A stretch of 64,000 bases of DNA from positions 1,638,485 to 1,702,484 of the forward strand of contig MU053431.1 in assembly GCA_013239625.1 (NCBI GenBank), written 5' to 3'. Shown piece after piece: positions 57,701 to 64,000 of this stretch; the first letter of the stretch is position 1, and each line of letters starts with the position of its first letter. The translations under genes and the position numbers were made by a program. Below the pieces are notes generated by a model. The model searched no databases. It had not been told where the DNA came from and worked only from the letters and a program-made list of their open reading frames with translations. The stretch comes from Lama guanicoe. Lineage: Eukaryota.

Positions 57701-58894
57701 CCAGGTTCCTGCTGCTCTGGGATTTCACAGACATGTGAACCACGTGTTCCTGAGGCCAAGCATGGAAATCTAATTTGGTGGCTTCACACTATTTAAACGC
57801 TTTAAGGAAACCCAGTCTGAGGGCGTCTGATGCATCCTTCCGTGAGCTGAGAGTGACTAGGAAACTTGAGTTCAGGAGACAGTTGCAGGTGTCAGCAGAA
57901 CTCCTGGGGGTCCACCGGAAGGCCCTGGCCCCGAAGTCTCACAGCCCCTCGCGCCGGCTGCAGGCCGTGTGAGCCCCGCCATGGGCCAAGGCTCCGGCCA
58001 CAGGGCTTGCGGAGAGCTGGCTGGGCAGAGCGTCTGGGGGACTCAGTCTGGGAAGAGCTGCTTCCCCCAGACTTACCCCCAGGACTGTGGGGTTGTGCCC
58101 TCACTGGCACTGCCTGCAGAGCCGTGGGGCCTGTGAGGTTGGGGGGGCAGAGGTAGGGATCCTCTCTCAAGAAAAACTCAGTGACACCCTCTCCAGAGCC
58201 AACCGCTGGTCTGGGCATCAAGGTCGCCACAAATGGGGAGAACTTTGTCCTTGTTTGGGTCCCTGGAGCAGACTCTGGGATGAAAGTTTTGGTCACAGTT
58301 TGGAGGTGATGTGGGCAACACAGCAAGGAGCCAGGAGGAGGGATGGGAGGGGAAGAGAGACGGTAATGGGTGAGTTGAGAGAGGGGAGCCAGGCTCGGTT
58401 CCGCTGAGGACCCTCTGATGCTGCCCTAAGTGGGAGACCCTGGAGTCGGGGACGCTGGGTTCTACCCACCAACTCCCATTCCTCTCGGCTGGGGTCTTTC
58501 CTAGAGGCTCTCTGCCTGCCCCACATATGACCCCCTCAGGCCAGAGATGTTCTCGGGTGAGTGGGAGATGCTGGAACTGTCCAAGGTTGTCCACGGGGAT
58601 GTCCACGGCCACCCCCTCCTGCTGTGACTCACTTTCAGCACCAAGGAGAGCGGAGGCCGTGCCGGTGCTGCTCCGCACCGGCATGTGCTTCTCCCAGAAG
58701 CTGCACCCCGCCCCGCGTCTCAGGCAAGAGGCAGGCTCCGCTCGGGCTTGTAAATCACTTTAGAGTCGGAGCTTTCTGCCACCGGCCTGCTGAGGCAGCT
58801 GCCAAGGGTAACTCGGGCAGGGGCTTATGTGGGGGCAAGATTTACTCTTTCATTTGGGGCATGAATAATCGATTTCCTACACATCCGTCATCAT

Positions 58895-59565
58895 CATTAT
58901 TATTACACAAGTTTCAGGTGTATGGGATTATGGCGCAACATCTGTGCTCACGTCCAGTTGTCGTCCGTCCCCACCCTTCCCCCACCCCTCAATCCCCGCC
59001 TCTGGTAACTACTAATCTCTTCTCTGTATCTATGAGTTTTTGTTTTTGTTTCATTTTGTTTGTTTGTTTTTGTGTTTTTAGATTCCACATGTGAATGAAA
59101 TCATAAGGTATTTGTCTTTCTCTGTCTCACTTCACTCAGTGTAATACCTTCAAGATCCATCCATGTCCCAAATGGCAGGATTTCGTTCTTTTCTTATGAC
59201 TGAGTAATATTCCATTGTATATCTGTGCCAAGTCTTCTTTACCTATTCATCCACTGACAAACCCTTAGATTGTTTCCATGCCTTGGCTATTGTAAGTAAT
59301 GCTACAATGAACACAGGGGTGCACATATCATTTTGAATTAATGCTTTCCTTTCTTTGGATAAATACCCAGAAGTAGAATCATTGAGTCATATGGTAGTTC
59401 TGTCTTTAATTTTTGAGGGGCCTCTGTACTGTTTTCCGTAGTTGCTGCACCAATTTACATTCCCACCCACACTGTAGGAGGGTTCCCTTTTCTCCACACC
59501 CTCGACAACACTTGTTTTTTCTTATCTTTTTGAGAACAGCCATTCTGACAGGTATGGATGAAGTA
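58895..59565 (-). mobile_element. 5'-truncated L1 (ORF2 C-terminus + 3' UTR), less diverged than the other L1s
   Basis: AT-rich block. The minus-strand frame encodes [48 protein letters not shown], the L1 ORF2 cysteine-rich C-terminal region. Possible TSD ATCATCAT (58890-58897 / 59565-59572). Confidence 0.9.
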
Positions 59566-59719
59566 TCATCATGGCTGTGATATGTCTGTTGTGGGGGGTC
59601 TGGATAAATCAGCGGGAAATGGCATGTGGAGATAAGCTCTGAAACCAGATACCGGGGTGCGGGTCTGACCAGGCCTGAGGCACACGGGCCTGAGCTCCAA
59701 GCCCTGCCTGGCCAGAAAC

Positions 59720-59880
59720 TTTGCACATGTGTGTGTGCATGTGTACAAATGCACGCACATGAACACAGGGGAGCCAGAGGGCAATGGAAGCTATGCTGAG
59801 TGCAAAGTGTTGTACACGTGGCACATGTGTACATGCTCACACCCAAGCACACACACATATGTGCACACATGCACACCCCA
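59720..59880. repeat. degenerate CA/TG low-complexity tract
   Basis: TGCACATGTGTGTGTGCATGTGTACA...ACACGTGGCACATGTGTACATG...CACACACACATATGTGCACACATGCACAC. Confidence 0.65.
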
Positions 59881-61269
59881 AAGCAAACCCACAACTGCCC
59901 TTTCCATGCCCCGGGAAGCACTTCTGGTGAAACTGTGCACTCTCCCAGTCCTGGGAGTCTTGAGGCCGTTCTCGGCCCGAGTCCTTGCCTGCTTGGCAGC
60001 AGAGGGTGGGGGTCAGCGCGGTGGCTGGTCAGAGCCTATGCCTTGCATGGTGACCAGGGGCCTGGCAGGCATTGGAGGAGGGCTCAGGTCAGCCTGCGGC
60101 CAGGTGCAGAGAGACGGGCTGCAGGGAGCGGGGGGGGGGCAGCCGGGCTGCGGCGGCCCGTGGGGGAGGCGGCCTGTGCTGCGGGTCCATTAACGGATGG
60201 AGGCTCCAAGCTGGAGCCAGAGATGACTTAAGAGAGCACCAGAGGGATGGGATGTGGTCCAGGGGAACGCTCCCCTGCCTCGTCTGGCCTAGGCCAGCCC
60301 CGTGCTGAGTGAATAATTCAGCAGGACGGCAGAGACGGGAGGCAGGGTGGCTCTGCGTGGCCAGGGAAAGGCAGGCAGGCTGGAGCGGGAGGCGTACGTG
60401 CTCCGTGGGTTCCATGTCATCCCTATGGCCCTGGAGAGAGCTGTGACTACTTGGAACTGGGGAGGCTGAGGTCTAGAGAGGGCTCACTGACCGGGCCCTG
60501 GGCTGACTCCTCTGCACCCCAGGGCCTGTTCCCGCAGAGCTCAGCAGAGGCCTGGGCTCCATGACAGATGTGGCCGCTGTGACATCAGGACCCCGGGGCC
60601 TCCAGGAGCAGAATGCACCTCCCGGGGGAAGCAGCAAGGCTGCCAGCCCAGGACGCCGTAAACTGAGCTGTCCCGTTCAGTAAGGATGCTGCTGGGTCGT
60701 CTCCAGTCCCCAGCACCTGACTGGCCCGGGGCTGCTGAGTCCCCGGAGATCTGGATGTCACCTGGGGGTAGCCTCCCGGGCCCTCTCTAGGGCCAGGCAA
60801 GCCACGCTTCCTCGTGCGGCCTCACAGAGGGAGCAGTGGGGCCGGGAGGGCCGCCTCCTGGGGGCTGGCCTGGGGGCTGGGCTGGGTGGCAGGTGGGCAA
60901 GCCTGGTCGGTCACTCAGGCATCCCAGCTGGTAGGGACAACACTCTTGGCTCCAGCCCTCTTTCCTGGGAGGCCCTGCCCCACCCAGCAGGAGCGCTGTG
61001 GGCTCCTGGCAGCTGCCTGGAACCTTTCCAGGCTGGACGTGGACCCCGCAGCAGCAGCCTCCCCTCAGGACCACCGTCCTGCCGGGGCACTGCCGGAGCG
61101 TGGCAGGGTGCCCTCGCGAGCCTGTGCACAGGCAGCCATGAGCATAACCTCTCTCCTGCCCAAGACCGCATAAGGCCGTGGCCCCCATGGCTGGGTCCAG
61201 GCCCTGCTCCACCCCTCACTGCTGTGTGCCTCAGTTTCTCCATCTAAACAACAGGCAGCACTGATCCGG

Positions 61270-62140
61270 GAGGACTCAGTGAACAAGACAGACAGAGGAG
61301 GCCGCTGCCCCCAGGGGCCCAGATTCTAGTGGGAGGAGTCTGGGTTCTGCTCCTGCAAAGAACAGCTGAGATCCTGTCAGGCTTCTTTAAAGAGACAGGC
61401 AGATGGGGGATGGCAGGCCAAGGACCCCTCCCGGAAGGAATGTCTGATTCGTGCCTGAGCCACCACACAACATGTGGGGGAGAGCACTGCAGGTGGCAGG
61501 AGCAGCAGGTGCAAAGGCCCTGAGGCAGACGGGACTGGGGGGTGGTCCCTGCCCAGAAGGGAGGCCCACGTGGCTGGAGCCCAGACAGAGGGCCACTGAC
61601 AGGTCTTGGCGGGGGAGCGCTGTGGACCCCACTAAGGAGCTGGGTTTTGTTCTGAGTGAGGTGGGGGCAGAGATGGCAGGATCTAATCCAATCCACATTT
61701 TCACAAGGGCCCTTTGGCTGCTGAGGGGAGGGGCGGGAGGGGTGGATCCTGAAGGCAGCTGGGGCGGCTGGAGTCTCGCTGTGATCCCCCAGGTGGGTGG
61801 TGGGCCAGGAGGGGGATTTGAGATTTATTTGGGAGCTGGAGCGACAAACCACAGCCTGGATGAGGCCCGGGGGTGAGCGAGCTGAGTTGGAGTGCACCCA
61901 GAGTTTGGGGTGTTAGGGGGCAGAGGCTTGGGACAGCCTGGGCCTGCCTGGGTGGGAGGGGGTGCTGCCTGGCCACACTGAGCCTGAGGCTCCCACTGGA
62001 CTTCCACAGGGGTGAGTGGGCAATCGAGGGCTAAGGCCAGCTCAGGGGAAAGGTCTGCACCTGGGCATGAATTTGGGGTCATCAATGTCCGGGTGATCTT
62101 TGAAGCCTCAGGACTGGCTGAGGTCATGGAGGGTGTGGAC
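61270..62140 (-). mobile_element. L2 LINE fragment
   Basis: GAACAAGACAGAC...TTCTAGTGGGAGG...CAGCAGGTGCAAAGGCCCTGAGGCAG...AAGGAGCTGGGTTTTGTTCTGAGTG...GAATTTGGGGTCATCAATG...TTTGAAGCC. Confidence 0.7.
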
Positions 62141-62890
62141 AGCTGGCAGGGGAGGCCTGAACCATGCGGGCCCCAGAACCTGAGAGCAGGGAAAGAGGAG
62201 GCAGGAGGGGGTGGGCGTTATGCAGGGAGGCCGGGCACACAGTACGTGCTCAATAAACGTGAATCAGTAAGTTATTGGCACAAAGTTCCCTGGTGAAGAG
62301 ACCCTCTCCTCAGCCACAGAGGGGACGTGAGCCTTGGGATCACACGGGCTGCCAGGGTGGCACAGGGCCTCCCCGGACCCAAGCAGGTCGTCGCTGCCTT
62401 CCCGTGCCCTCGCCCCTTGAGGCCCAGGGGGTCCTAAAGCTCCTCGCCTCACCCACAAACGGGACGCTTGGGTTCCTGAGATTTCCAAGCTGCAGCTGCC
62501 TCGAGAGGAACCAGAGTTAGGTTAGCAAAGTGCAGAGAGGAGCTCTGTGATGAGAGGGTGAGAAGAGCGCGGGGGACTGGCCTGTGCCAGCCCACGCCTG
62601 CCCCCACCCACCCGCCTGCTGTTCCCCTGTCTTCTGGGGCCGCGTAAGTTTCCACAAATGCCCGATTAGCAGGGTTCCAGGGATCAAAAGAGGCCGGACC
62701 ACAGGGATGCCTCGCTGCCCCCAAGAATGCTTCCCCGCTGGAAGCTGGGGGTGTGTGTGTGCGCGCGCGCACGTGTGCACACAGTATCCTGACCCTCGAT
62801 GGCTCAGAGGGGCACGGCCGGGACCACAAGCCCCCTTGAGGCTGTGGACCTGTGGGCTGGGGTTTTGCCCAGCTAGCTGCCCTGGGAGGG

Positions 62891-63040
62891 AGGTGGTTCT
62901 TAAACTTGGAGTGCCTCTGGAAGGCTTCTCAAAACCCAGAGTGCTGGGGCCCCCCATTTCTGGCTCAGCAGGTCTGGGGCATTGAGAAAATGCCTTTCCA
63001 GGGTGCTTCTGGCCTGGGGACCCCGCCTTGAGAACCACTG
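62891..63040. mobile_element. MER5A-like hAT-Charlie MITE (followed by a MER5-like fragment to ~63140)
   Basis: Terminal inverted repeats GTGGTTCTTAA...TTGAGAACCACTG with a MER5-like interior (AGAGTGCTGGGGCCCC...TTTCTGGCTCAGCAGGTCTGGGG). Confidence 0.75.
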
Positions 63041-64000
63041 ATGTGGGGGTTCCCACCCTCCTGCCTCCAGATTAAATCACCTGGAGAGCTTTAAAAACCA
63101 AGCCTGGCCCCTCTCAGACACATTATGTCAGAACCTGGGGGAGGGAAGAGAGATGGGGAGCCGGATGGTGAGTCTTTGAAGTTCTCTGGACGACTCCATC
63201 ATGGGCGGGGGGCGTGGGGGAGAACAGGTGAAACAGATATGGTCCTGCACGTGGTCCAACACCACGCAGCCACGCAGCCACGCAGAGGGAGGGGCTGGGC
63301 GGGCAGTGCGGCCGGTGAGCGTGGACACGCTGGCCCCCCGGAGGCGGGGGGGGCCTGAGGTCAGGGCTGTGGGCAGGATTGTCGGGGGTCCTGGATTCAG
63401 CGGAGGCAGCCCTGTGGGATAATCTCCAGACCCGCCGAGCGGAGCGAACGACGGCATTGTGCAAAGGTCCAGAGGCCAAACACCAGGACACACACACACT
63501 CACACGCTCCTTGTCTCCAGAGACGCCTGCCTACCTGCGTGTCCTGCGCTGGGCCCAGGGCGAGCCGCTCTCATGGCCCGTGTGACCGCCTTGTGGCCAG
63601 CAGCACACTGCCTGGGGCACCGCTGGGCAGAGGGCGGTGTTTTCTCATTGCTTTACTCAGAGTCGCCTCTCTGGGGATCTTGAAAAGCAGACTGGGTTTT
63701 ATTTGGGTTTATTCATGTTTTTAAAGCCTCTGCAGACAACATTGCCCACCTGGGGTGACCAGGCCCGTTTCCTCCTCCAGGCCCAGCCCAGGCTCTGGTC
63801 ATTAATGATCAGTTAAAGCCGAGTGGAGGGAGAGGGGGGGAGGGGAGGGAGGAGAGGCTGGAGGCGGCGGCAATGGAGCTTCTGGGTCCAGGCGGGCTCC
63901 TGGGCCTCTCTGGGCGGGAGGCTCCGGTCCCAAGTCAAGGGGTCCAGCCGCCCCTTGGGCCCTGCTCCCCAGGACAATGACCTGAACCATCTATTTGTCC

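Noticed and set aside
59406-59921. 171-aa ORF with Cys-rich motifs
   Set aside because: Chimera of a TG-repeat tract and a dead L1 ORF2 C-terminus, not a host gene.

Overview
GC-rich mammalian genomic DNA (roughly two-thirds G+C by eye) with no convincing protein-coding gene. The hundreds of short Pro/Gly/Arg/Ala-rich ORFs are what GC-rich non-coding DNA yields by chance. The core of the window is the muscle-specific bicistronic microRNA cluster miR-1-1 (~38.09-38.16 kb) / miR-133a-2 (~48.39-48.49 kb), both on the + strand and ~10.2 kb apart. This corresponds to the human MIR1-1HG (C20orf166) locus, which lies between GATA5 and SLCO4A1. A muscle-type promoter/CpG island (MEF2, E-box, CArG-like, TATA) sits at ~34.2-34.5 kb. 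A second compact CArG/MEF2-TATA/MCAT/E-box module lies between the two miRNAs (~42.3 kb), and a candidate poly(A) site follows miR-133a-2. Further candidate muscle enhancers and AT-rich homeodomain-site islands are scattered through the flanks. Repeats are mostly old (L1M, L2, MIR, MLT1, MER5), plus one tRNA-Ala-derived SINE of the Vic-1 type that points to a camelid genome. The most unusual observation is a mature miR-1 with G instead of A at position 17. I found no evidence of a wholly new biological system. Reference and consensus comparisons are from memory and repeat boundaries are approximate.
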